A DNA stretch of 64,000 nucleotides from Antedon mediterranea (Eukaryota; Animalia; Echinodermata), in contig NC_092671.1 in NCBI RefSeq assembly GCF_964355755.1, positions 37,458,304 through 37,522,303 of the forward strand, read 5' to 3'. Below, in pieces: positions 12,801 to 23,309 of the stretch. The position numbers and the translations under genes were made by a program. The notes under the pieces are model-generated. The model was not told where the DNA came from. It worked only from the letters and a program-made list of their open reading frames with translations, and ran no database searches. Numbering within the stretch: the first letter of the stretch is position 1; the number at the start of each line of letters is the position of its first letter.

Positions 12801-15800
12801 ACAAACACATGCATGACCACATATTTGTTACGCATTTAGCATAAAGTATATGCATGATCATTTGTTATCACTATTTGAGAGGAAAATGCATTCAAATTAA
12901 ATAAAACAGTTATGCGAGTATAAGTTAATAAACACCACCCATAACAAATAATTTGTGTCTGAACTCCCCCCCAACCCCGTACAAAAATGGTGTAGTCTGT
13001 CATGCATTTCAAATCTCTCGGGTTGGTAACTATGTCAAAAGCAGTTTGTTATGGTTTTACCACATAATGAGTTAAATACACTTACGTTGACTTGGACTGG
13101 AGGCTGTACCATTTGATGCTGAGGTTGCTGGCTGGCACGAGGACTAACATGAGGCTCATGCATATGGTAACTATTAAGAAAATATAAACAGTTTATTTAA
13201 TAAATATAATAAATAGTTTGTTGGAAAATGCACATTTTTAAGCTCTGTCTACACTATCAAACCTTATGTGACAAAAAAATGTGATGTGCCCATGATGATG
13301 TCATATCACTATCATATTTGGGCATATCACTACTATATTTTGGCATATCACTACTATATTTCGGCACATCACACTTTTTTTGTCAAACTAGTTTGATAGT
13401 GTAGACAGCTTAAGCAAAAATTCACAAATAAGTATACTTACTGGAACATATAATCTGTACCAGCGCCTCTGGTCTGCATAGGTGGTACGGGACTCGTACC
13501 TCCCCATGCTTGGTATGGCATCATAGGGGCCTGTGTACCCATCATGGGGCCTTGTGTACCCATCATAGGGTTGTGCGAACCCATCATAGGCTAAAAACAA
13601 AATTCAAATTAGTTATTACAAATTTGCACAATCTTCTCAATACATATTATTGATACAAACATATGTTTAAACACTATTTAAATGACATTAATAATAAAAT
13701 AGAATTTTGATATAAGACAAACGCAATATAAATACTTACATATGTTTTTGCAACTGGATATTTGTTTGTAGATCTTGACAAATCAATAACACCGTCAATA
13801 CTTTCATTCAATCTCTGTAAAAACCAAAAGTAAAGCTCTGTCTACACTATCAAATATGTGATGTGCCCATAAATGGACATGATGATGTCATATTACTACC
13901 ATATTTGGTTATAGCACTACCATATTTGCAGATGTTTGATGTGCCAGCCAAACCATGGGCTTGCAAAACAAGGAAGACCAGCACTCACATACATTGATGT
14001 ACTAGAGATGGATACTGGTATGCAGAGAGATGAACTGTTACAATGGCAGATAGGAAGTTATGGAGTAATCTAGTCATATAAGTTGGGGTATGTCCCGGAC
14101 TAAGTAATGCAGAGAGATGAACTGGCTGTCACAATGGCAGATAGGAAGATATGGAGTAATCTAGTCATATAAGTTTGGGTATATGTCCCAGACTAAGTAA
14201 TGCAGAGAGATGAACTGGCTGTCACAATGGCAGATAGGAAGATATGGAGTAATCTAGTCATATAAGTTTGGGTATGTCCCAGACTAAGTAATGCAGAGAG
14301 ATGAACTGGCTGTCACAATGGCAGATAGGAAGATATGGAGTAATCTAGTCATATAAGTTTGGGTATGTCCCAGACTAAGTAATGCAGAGAGATGAACTGG
14401 CTGTCACAATGGCAGATAGGAAGATATGGAGTAATCTAGTCATATAAGTTTGTCCCGGACTAAGTAAGTAACAGATGCTAAGTGATGTATTAACGCACCT
14501 TTGATTGGTTTCTGTGACTTCTCCTTGAGTCCATGATAAAACTCTGATCATCATCCTCGTTGTTGTACTCCGTATCAGGAGATACATACTCCACCATGAA
14601 TGTCTTGCTAACGACATCACTTTCTCTTAGACCATTGCTGTAAATACACATTAAATAACATTTGTAAATACTGTGTAGTTTTCGTATCTGTCTGTCTTAT
14701 TGAGTCAAATATAAATATAATCCTGCCTTAACTTGTGTTAAGCAAGGAAATCTAACAACAGGATGCTAAGCTCCTGAAATCAAAGGGTTTATCTGTGGCT
14801 GCGACACGATCAGTTCCACACACCTTAACAGACACCGCTCGCCGCAGAGAATATGTACATAGTACAGCACTGTTGGTATATGTCGCAGCCAGACATAAGA
14901 TCAAAGGATTGTTACGAGTTCCTATCTTGGCAAGGCAAGCTCAGTGTCCTGTTGTTAGATAGCCTTTGGGTTAAGTAAGAAGCTGAACACTGTTTATAAA
15001 TATTAACTGAAATTTATATTGTATCTTAACCTTCTAACTTTAAATATTTTTACATTTTAATATTTGTATGTGTACTTTACATGTGTACAGTAGCATCTTT
15101 TAAACATTTATGTAATAAGGCTTTATTGTTTTACATTTTGCTCTGTTCATGTTTTTTTTCAGGTAGTTGGTTGCATTTATTTGATTTTGACATATTTTTA
15201 TTTTATTTTATTTTATTACCATCTTTACTGAGGGTAGCCTATCCAGTTCCTAATAGAACTGATCATTCAGGGCCCATGATAAAACATACATACAGTACAA
15301 CACATAAAATATTAAATATTCAAATGACATAAAATATATATAATAGGCCTATAAATTTACAATGATTATATAAAATTCATATAGAAGTTAAAATCGTTGA
15401 CAGATAAAATATATATACATAGTACAAACAATATTAACTGGAAATAAATTCTTTAAGTTCACGTTTAAAGGAAATAATATTTTCAGATTGTCAAATGATT
15501 TTAGGAATCATATAAATCAGCATTGGCTACCAGTATGATATGAGGCTGCATAGATCCTAAAAGAATTGGGTATAAAAAATAAACTATCCTGCCAACCTTG
15601 ACACTGCAATGCTTTTAATGACTCGTTTTCCTTTGTTTAGCAGGAATGGTCCCTTGTAGCGAATTGTTGATTTGTCAGATTTGTTGAAAGGAGCTGGTTT
15701 ATTTCCATTTGTGGTGAAGTATACAATAGATCCGGATGTATCTGTAAAAAGCAACAGTAAAATTGTTTAAAATAATCTAAAACTAAATTAACTTTACGAC

Positions 15801-16455
15801 TAGTGACCTCTGTATACATCTGACGTCTCACTATCTTAATATTAATACTAATTAAGACATGGATTCACTAAAGCTACACTATCAAACAAGTGACAAAAAA
15901 GCATGAATGTGCGATACACAGGGTACAGCAGCAAAAGAAGCTGTAATGAAGTCATAAGACCGGATGTAATGTCACATACATATCAATAACCTCGCTACCA
16001 AATACGGTACCATCTTCGAGACGCGATATGGCTGCATCCGGTTTGAAATTTAGCTTTGAGGACGTGTCCCTGTAGTATATTCATGCCAAATCCCAGCTCA
16101 ATACTACAACGAATAAGGGAGGAGTAGTACTTTATAAATCACACTTTTACTCAATTAGTGTCCAGATGGAAGAAGAAGAGAAGATGAGAGAGTACTACCC
16201 CCTACCCCGAGTAAAAAGTGTGATGTGCCCAAATATGGTAGTGATGACATCATCATGTCCATATATGGGCACATCACATTTTTTTGTCACATAAAGTTTG
16301 ATAGTGTAGACAAAACTTTATTTTTAAATATTTAATTTTTTACCAGATTTTATTTCAATCAAAGTGTTGGTGTCAATTTGGTTCCCACTTTGTCCTGAAT
16401 GAGGAATACGCAGGGGAACGATTGTTGGCACAGAAACTCCTCCTGCAGACGGCAT
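3734..16455 (-). CDS. DZANK1-like / annexin fusion protein, 20 coding exons, ~911 aa
   Basis: Exons 5'->3': 16344-16455, 15597-15741, 14499-14637, 13740-13814, 13442-13590, 13086-13170, 12308-12619, 11779-11893, 11474-11512, 11158-11321, 10581-10711, 9951-10269, 9641-9817, 9080-9193, 8870-8960, 7234-7370, 6721-6910, 6070-6128, 5328-5450, 3734-3793. All junctions are GT-AG with compatible phases and total 2736 nt without an internal stop. Starts [18 protein letters not shown], ends [20 protein letters not shown] non-coding first exon has its donor at ~16891. Confidence 0.8.
3846..3956. mobile_element. Tc1/mariner (pogo/Tigger-like) MITE
   Basis: TA|CAGTCAACTCTCCCAGTACCGGAC ... GTCCGGTATTGGGAAAGTTGACTG|TA: 24-bp TIRs and a TA target duplication. 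Confidence 0.75.
7590..8815 (-). mobile_element. 5'-truncated CR1/L2-group LINE (C-terminal half of RT plus 3' UTR) in an annexin intron
   Basis: [20 protein letters not shown]...FADDT...FLGIHI in and just upstream of ORF 7831-8736, which is open to its stop. The 3' UTR has a stem-loop (~7650-7690) and an AATAAA. Confidence 0.9.
9284..9483. mobile_element. TACCGTA-type (Tc1/mariner-like) MITE
   Basis: CCGTATATCTTCTGGTATTATCTCACC ... GGTGGGATTATACCCGAGGATATACG inverted ends. Similar style of element at ~38080-38260 and ~43697-44055. Confidence 0.55.
9951..16455 (-). CDS. DZANK1: DZANK1-like module (N-terminal Fn3-associated/CHB_HEX_C-like domain, conserved middle block, C-terminal ankyrin repeats; zinc ribbons absent)
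   Basis: Blocks recognised as DZANK1-like: [128 protein letters not shown]. Confidence 0.9.
12727..13034. mobile_element. hAT-like MITE with 8-bp TSD
   Basis: Ends AGTTACCAACC / GGTTGGTAACT, flanked by TCAAAAGC at 12719-12726 and 13035-13042. A 5'-end fragment of the same family lies at 36423-36505. Confidence 0.7.
13935..14471 (+). mobile_element. RTE-type LINE 3' end whose last ~91 bp is repeated 5 times in tandem
   Basis: Translates [34 protein letters not shown]([10 protein letters not shown]), an RTE C-terminal motif. (TAAG)n tail. CAGATG flanks both sides (13929-13934, 14472-14477). Units start at 14020, 14107, 14200, 14291 and 14382. Confidence 0.75.
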
Positions 16456-17014
16456 CTTTCTTTTTTCAAATATAATTTAAGTCCTAAATAAAAGAAAAAT
16501 TGTAACCAATAAATTACATAATTTTCTGGAGCCTCATTGCTAAATATTATTATTTAATAAATGTTAATAATTTTTTTTTCGTCTTTTCACACAACATTCC
16601 TTCAGGCAATTTATATTTTCAACATTTAGTCATAATCATAACATACGAATTAAATTTAATTAGCGGCCTGTGTCTCCGTTTATCTAAACAAGCATGCTTA
16701 CTCGTCAACAGCAGCTATGCTGTACTGGCGGTGGCTAGCCAGGTCTATCAACTGCACTGACTGAGCGGCTTAGCATCTTAGCAGGTTGAGCGTACTCAAC
16801 TAACTAATCATGGATAGTGAATAAGTCCGCGCCTACCTCAATCAATAAACATGACTTAAATATAATAATTAAGGTAAAATTAAATACTTACAGCCGTCTA
16901 GTTTTCACACTTAAAGTTAACAAACACACCTAGCTAGGCCTAGCCGTTCACTTTGGTTCGTACTCAAATAAAATTCCACTAAATAATCTAACACACTTCG
17001 TGAAAGAGGACAGA

Positions 17015-17028
17015 GTTACCATAGTGAT
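17015..17028 (-). promoter_or_regulatory. Candidate RFX X-box upstream of the DZANK1-annexin gene
   Basis: Minus-strand ATCACTATGGTAAC fits the X-box consensus RTHNYYWTRRNRAC. It lies ~125 bp upstream of the donor of the non-coding first exon. Confidence 0.55.
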
Positions 17029-17617
17029 AAAAAACACCAATATAAATACATTGGAATAATACATTCAAATCATAGGGGTGTATATTATCTACTATATTAA
17101 TATATTCCGATTCCGAATTAAGCAAAAGTATAATGAAGCAAAATGTGACATACAATACAAATATGCCAATCGGTTTAATTGAATAATACACTACTTTACT
17201 TTACTTTAGGAAATTTTTTAAAAAGATAATTGTCTTGACTATACCTCCTACATGCATAGTGTGTGCCATTTATCATTAGTTCATACATGGCTTATCCAGA
17301 TCGATCGTATACGATATCTGCTAATGATACTATTAGACGCGCGGCAGTCCAAATGATGAAACAACAACACTGAACATGTGTACAATAAAATAGATATATT
17401 GGGACAGAATTTAAAAACAAGCTTCTAGGATACATTAATGTTTATAATATAATGCTAAAACCAAGTAATATAATACAAAACGTCTAATTCATTACAATGG
17501 TACAAAATATAATAATTAAAAATTATATAATAATACTATATTTCGAATACTTCAGACAGCTGAGGCCTGCCATAGATAAGTCTGAAAATTGGTTTCATTT
17601 CTATTAATATATTGTAC

Positions 17618-17666
17618 CATGGAGTTTACTCCATGATTGTCATGGAGTAAATATATTTACTCCATG
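17618..17666. mobile_element. Two tiny CATGGAG...CTCCATG palindromes with a 7-bp TSD (P-element-like mini-elements)
   Basis: ATTGTAC|CATGGAGTTTACTCCATG attgt CATGGAGTAAATATATTTACTCCATG|ATTGTAC. Confidence 0.55.
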
Positions 17667-18984
17667 ATTGTACTTGTGAATATGTTGAACTTTTTATATA
17701 GGAAACTCTCTAGTTCCTTCGTTTAAATGGAGAGCTAATAACCTAATAAATATTATAATTTACAAATATGGTTTTGAACATTTTTAGAGTTTTTTACATT
17801 GTTTTCACATCCGGATAAAACAACCTGTTTTCCACGTGAGGGATCATTTAAAATAAGTTTATAAATATCATTTTTTCCATTCAACATTCATAAATCAATT
17901 AGATTAAGCATATTTCTTTTTAAAGGGTAGTTCACACAACGCATACACACAGCAAAATACCCGGTATCGAAAGTTATATAATCATAACAATAAAACGTAT
18001 GGAATTTATGATATATACGATTTTATCTTTTCATTATGCCTTATACACGCGAATTGATAAATCAGTACCGGTAAAAAATGTTCACCGTATGGTCATAAAA
18101 CATACTTAACATGACTGACCGATATAGTAAGCCTATGAAAAGCAGCCTTATAATATTATTATAATCATTTAAACATTATCGGAGAGCTAGGGGCGGTCCC
18201 AATAACTGCGTCATCATGATATGGAATGTTTTTAATTGAGGGTTTTAGCTATACAATCGTATAATTGGGTAGGAATTATCATTATTTTATTATTGTTAGT
18301 GCAAAACCATGCTCACGTCGTGCTGCAGGTTTGTGAATCTATTGACAATCCAATTGTATCTAAAGTATCTACAGTCTACACATGCACGAAATAGTTACGG
18401 TCCTATTTGTAAGTTTCAAATATTATTCGAATGTTTTTTATTTATTTGTTGCTATTATTTATTTATTTAAATAGGTCTTAAGTTATCTATTATCACTTTC
18501 TTCTTGAAGATTTCGTTTTCTTCTTATTTACCCCATTGTGCAAGTGCAAATTTTTATCCCATCGTTTTTATTAGGCCACTTTCAAATTTATCCAATTACC
18601 GTAATCAAGGTCCTCACGGATTCATTTCAGATTAACTACTTTGAAATTGTTTAATATAGGCTTATTAGTTGGTGGACATTACAATTATAGTTTCTTTGTT
18701 CTTATTATTATTATATACATACTATGTAAACCTACGCCTCACTGTCCTCTATACTATTTTTTGGATTCATACCTGAGTAACCTGAATAATTATAAAGAAC
18801 CGGAACAAATATTATGATAATTACCGGAAGCGAAAATTCAAAATGAATATTCATTATTGTTAAAAGGGTGGCGCTCTTTGATATTATTTAAGTTATCGAG
18901 CGATTACTCACGTACACCACTTCTGATGTTCATATTTACAACGTACACCGCGTTTTTAAAATTTGCATTAATGTACCGGTAACC

Positions 18985-21900
18985 ATGATTTACACAATAA
19001 CTGTTCTCATTTGGATGGTCGGACGCTTCCTGGGAAGTTTTTGGCCAAAAGATGACGAATCTGCAATAGGTAAACATTTATAAATACTTAAAATGTTGCA
19101 TTTTATGTTCAGTCTCTTGCAGGCGGCGTACCTGGATAAGCTTTGTGCAGTATACTCGAAGTAGTTCAACCCAACTCAGCTACTTACCAGGTACAGTATG
19201 TGATGCAGAAACAGATCCCGAAGGGGGAGGGTGGTGCCACACTGAGGCAGAGGTAGATCAAGAGGGGCCCCATTTGGAAAGTTAAAAGGTTGCAGGATTT
19301 TTTATTTCAGGACAGCTCGAGTCCCATCCCATATTGATGTCGCCTATCTATTCCCAACATCATTTTTCCTGGTTCCTGGTTCGGTCCTCAGGGATGTCGA
19401 TGGGGAATTGACATCATAATCAGTTGCACAATTTAAAAGCCATCTACCAACCCCTATAATCAACCTAATTCCTATACCTAAATAAACTGAACCAATTATC
19501 TCTAAATAATTTTCTACTCAACAAAAATCGTTTTTTGTTTGTTGTTAATCACCTTGAAAGATGTCAATGTACATACAGAAATATGGATCCTCTGTGTCAT
19601 GCACAAAATGACATGAAATGGCCATGTCAATGGGTATACCAAGTTTTAAAAATGTGACATAAATAATAAAACTAGCTCATTTGTAATTGCCTAATTATGT
19701 GTTTTTTGCTAGATAAAATAGAAAGATATCATCCTACCAGAGCAGAGCAACCATTGGCCGGCAAATTGCCAGATGAAGCGGCAACATGCAGCAACATAAA
19801 AGTGACTGTGGTTGGAGTAGGACAAGTTGGAATGGCATGTGCCTTTAGTCTGATAACTCAAGTATGTAAGGCTTTATATCTATCACACCTGAATAGATTC
19901 TTGTCATTTGATTGGATGCTTGTGGGTCACATGGAGTTTAATAGACATACTATCAAACTCTGATGTCAGAATTTTTCTGGGCAAATTATGTTTAATATTT
20001 GTGCAATAGGGCAAATAATTTCACTCGATGGAACATAAAATTATCTATTTTTATGAGGCGATTGAAATTATTTGCCTCATTGCACTAATAAACATATGAT
20101 TATTTGTATAATATACAACCTTATTGCTGCCAATGTTCAAATTTAACATGGGGCATCATTCTAAGTTAAATCTTTTTTTTTTGTATTCACTTCTTAAAAT
20201 GGACTGTTTCTAATTTATTGACCCAAAAATTTATGGTTTTCATGATTTCCTTTTGAAAATCCTTAAATATTCTGGCTTTGAGAGAATTTCCTGTCTATAC
20301 AATTATCTTTTACAGGGTGTATGTAGTGAACTTTCTCTTGTTGATGTGGTTGAGGATAAGTTAGAAGGAGAAGTACTTGATCTACAACATGGCTTAGCTT
20401 TTCTTAAAGGAGTCAAAATCAGTGGAAGTACAGGTCAGTAAGTGTCTGCAGTTGCAAATGATAACAGAAGTACTGGACAAATAAACAGAAGACAAAAGAC
20501 TAATCCTTGTAGCTCAACTACTGTAAATAGCAAAAAGACAATGGATCTGTGGTTATTCAAAATAAGTAAGTGAGCGGTTAAGACAGTGGAACTGTCTCAC
20601 TTGCTCCATATTTCTTGTGGTAGAACGAGTCTTCTTGGATAAGGACTATAAACCATAGGTCCAGTGTACACATCTAGCTCTTGTGCACTTTAAGAACATA
20701 GCACATCTTTCGAGATGAGTAGGGGGTTACAGCCACTGTCACTCACACATACTGGGCACCTGTGGGAGAACTACTGAACAGGCTTCCCAGTATAAAGAAA
20801 TAAAATAATTATAACTTGGTTTATATTATTTGCAGACTATCGAGTGACTGCTGGCTCAAAGTTGTGCATAATCACTGCAGGTGCTCGTCAGAAAATTGGT
20901 GAGAGTCGCCTGAACCTTGTGCAAAGAAATGCAGATATCTTCAAATGTAAGGACATAGTTGTTTCAAATTAAAATAATCATTAAAAAGTTATTAATTATT
21001 ATATTAATTCAGAGTAATTTAAAAAATGTCTATAAAATGTGTAAAATTTGCATTTGCTCAATTCAATCAATTTGTTTTTGTCTTCTGTTTAAAGGTATTG
21101 TTCCCCAGTTGGTGAAGTACAGTCCAAACACTTGTATACTAGTGGTCAGTAACCCAGGTATGTAACAGTAATGTTTTTTATTTGTGTGTTTACTTAGGGC
21201 TTTAGAACTCTGATAATTGACCAAAACCAGTCATACAATTCTTAAATCTGCATTGTATCCATTTTATTTACTAAAAATCTTTTTTTTTGTCATCACAAAA
21301 GTTGACATTTTGACGTACATTACATGGAAGTTGAGCGGATTGCCTAGTAACCGTGTGTTTGGGAGTGGTACCAACCTAGACACGGGTCGTTTCCGTTTTT
21401 TACTTGGAAAGAAGCTCAACATTTATCCGACAAGCTGTCATGGGTGGATCATCGGGGAGCATGGTGACTCCAGTGGTAAGAATTTATTTTGTCCTAAAGT
21501 TCTGTCTACACTATCAAACTAGTTTGACAAAAAAGTGTGATGTGCCCAAATATGGTAGTGATATGCCCAAATATGTCCATGTATGTGCACATCACATTTT
21601 TTTGTCACATAAAGTTTTGATAGTGTAAACAGAGCTTAAGATTAGAAGGTTGGACTGTTTTCATCGGTGTTGGTAAAAATTCAATTTTATATAACTTCTT
21701 TTTGCTTTTGATCAGTTCCTGTTTGGTCGTCTGCTAACGTAGCTGGGGTGCCGCTTTCTTCACTCAACCCCCTAGTTGGTAGAGAGGATGATGACCAAGA
21801 TCATTGGTATGGCATCCACAAACAGGTTGTTGAAAGGTAAATTAATTTAGATATGTAGATATTAGATATGATATTAACCATTTCACTGAATTGGGGTTTT

Positions 21901-23062
21901 TTGTCATGCCTTGATAGATTTTATTATGGAAATAATATACAATGCATTATCAGCCACAACTTATTTACTCCTTGGCTTGTCTTTTAAGCCCTAGAGAGTG
22001 CTTTTATCTTCAATGTTACGGCCAATTTACACAGACGAGCAGTAACGGTAATAGAAACATAGAATCTATGTTATTCCTGTTAACCATTTATGCACAACAC
22101 GGAGCGGACGGTCAGTTTCCGCTCAGATTAGATACAGATTCCACTCGACACAAGCTACATGGTTTTCCGCTTACCATTACCGCTCATCTTTGTAAGTTTT
22201 CCTTTAGTGGGCTTGTTATAAACATATATCATTTCTATTTAATTTCTTTTTTTTTAAAGTGCGTATGAAGTGATACGGCTAAAGGGCTACACATCGTGGG
22301 CTATTGGTCTGAGTGTTAGTAGGCTTGCTGCCTCCGTTATGAGAAACGAACGAAGTGTCTTTGCCGTGTCTACTATAGTCAAGGTACAGTAATATTGTTC
22401 TAAATCATTAAGTAAACTTCTGTTTTTTAGTACTGGTTACCCGTTTGGTTTCTACTCTAAATTCAGAAATCAAGTTCTTACTTCAAGCACGTAGCCATGA
22501 TTTTTGCATGTGGGTTCTTTTTTCCTCCTGCAAGCATATGCAACTGAACAAAAAATAAAATGTAGGCATTTGTCCAGTAATGTGTCTGCTTAATATAGTA
22601 TTTGACAAAAATTGTCATGAGTTAGGCCTATTTACTAGCACATTTCACTAATGTTCTCTCTTTGAAAAGGGCACTTCAGGAAAAGGCGGGTTCTTTCCTA
22701 CGAACCCCCCTGTCTACGGGCTTGTACTTCTTACCTTTCCCTACTAACCATGCAATACAACTGCCATAATTGCCAGAATTAAAGTACTGTATGGATTATA
22801 ACATATTGTATAATAACCAAAATATTTGACAATACTCTTTGAGAGAGACAGAGTTGTAGTATAGTATACAAGAAATTCACTATTTTTACAGAATTACCAT
22901 GGAATTGAAAATGAAGTGTTTCTTAGCCTACCCTGCATTCTTGGCAGCGATGGCGTCGACCATGTTGTCAAGCAGAACTTGAATTCTACGGAACGTCAAC
23001 AACTGCAAAAAAGCGCTACTACATTATGGGATGTACAACAGGGAATAGATCTGGGGGAATGA
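18985..23062 (+). CDS. LDH: L-lactate dehydrogenase, 9 coding exons, ~371 aa, with N-terminal extension
   Basis: Exons 18985-19069, 19713-19861, 20316-20433, 20836-20946, 21095-21157, 21302-21475, 21716-21836, 22260-22383, 22892-23062 (1116 nt). Motifs: VVGVGQVG (NAD binding), TAGARQ..GESRLNL (Gln at the LDH specificity position), [17 protein letters not shown], catalytic [15 protein letters not shown]. Exon 1 is the least certain. Confidence 0.95.
20570..20800 (+). mobile_element. tRNA-headed Deu/Nin-domain-like SINE in an LDH intron
   Basis: GAGCGGTTAAGAC head and GGATAAGGACTATAAACC..GGTCC...TTAAGAAC..TTCGAGATGAGTAGGGGG body. Confidence 0.5.
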
Positions 23063-23309
23063 ATATGCCGCAGTCTGTATTGGTACTTTATACTTGTTAG
23101 TAGTAGTGGGATGGCCTTATTGAACATAATTTCCCCATGCTCAGAATAATTGTGCAAAAAGCCCAAGTGTTGGACAGAAACATCACAGTTAGTTGATTGA
23201 TAATCAATGTATGTGTGTTTTGGCATTGTTGTGAAAATTGTATATACAATATACTTACATACTAAATGTAATCTGTTTGGCCACTGACATCTTAGGTCTA
23301 AATTAATGA

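Noticed and set aside
13388-13600. YDG-repeat peptide in the ORF track
   Set aside because: Splice phases of the flanking exons require the other frame (PMMG repeats).
14020-14466. Regular repeats here and at 56755-58050 as possible CRISPR arrays
   Set aside because: These are head-to-tail tandem units with no unique spacers and no cas genes, in a eukaryotic intron-containing context.
19123-19190. Possible extra LDH exon (TTGCAG|...CAG|GTACAG)
   Set aside because: It is 68 nt, carries an in-frame TAA and would need a 53-nt upstream intron. At most a poison or UTR exon, with no support.
23060-23150. Stop-codon readthrough giving a peroxisomal LDH, as in vertebrate LDHB
   Set aside because: The context is TGA ATA, not TGA CTAG, and the extension ends in PCSE with no PTS1.
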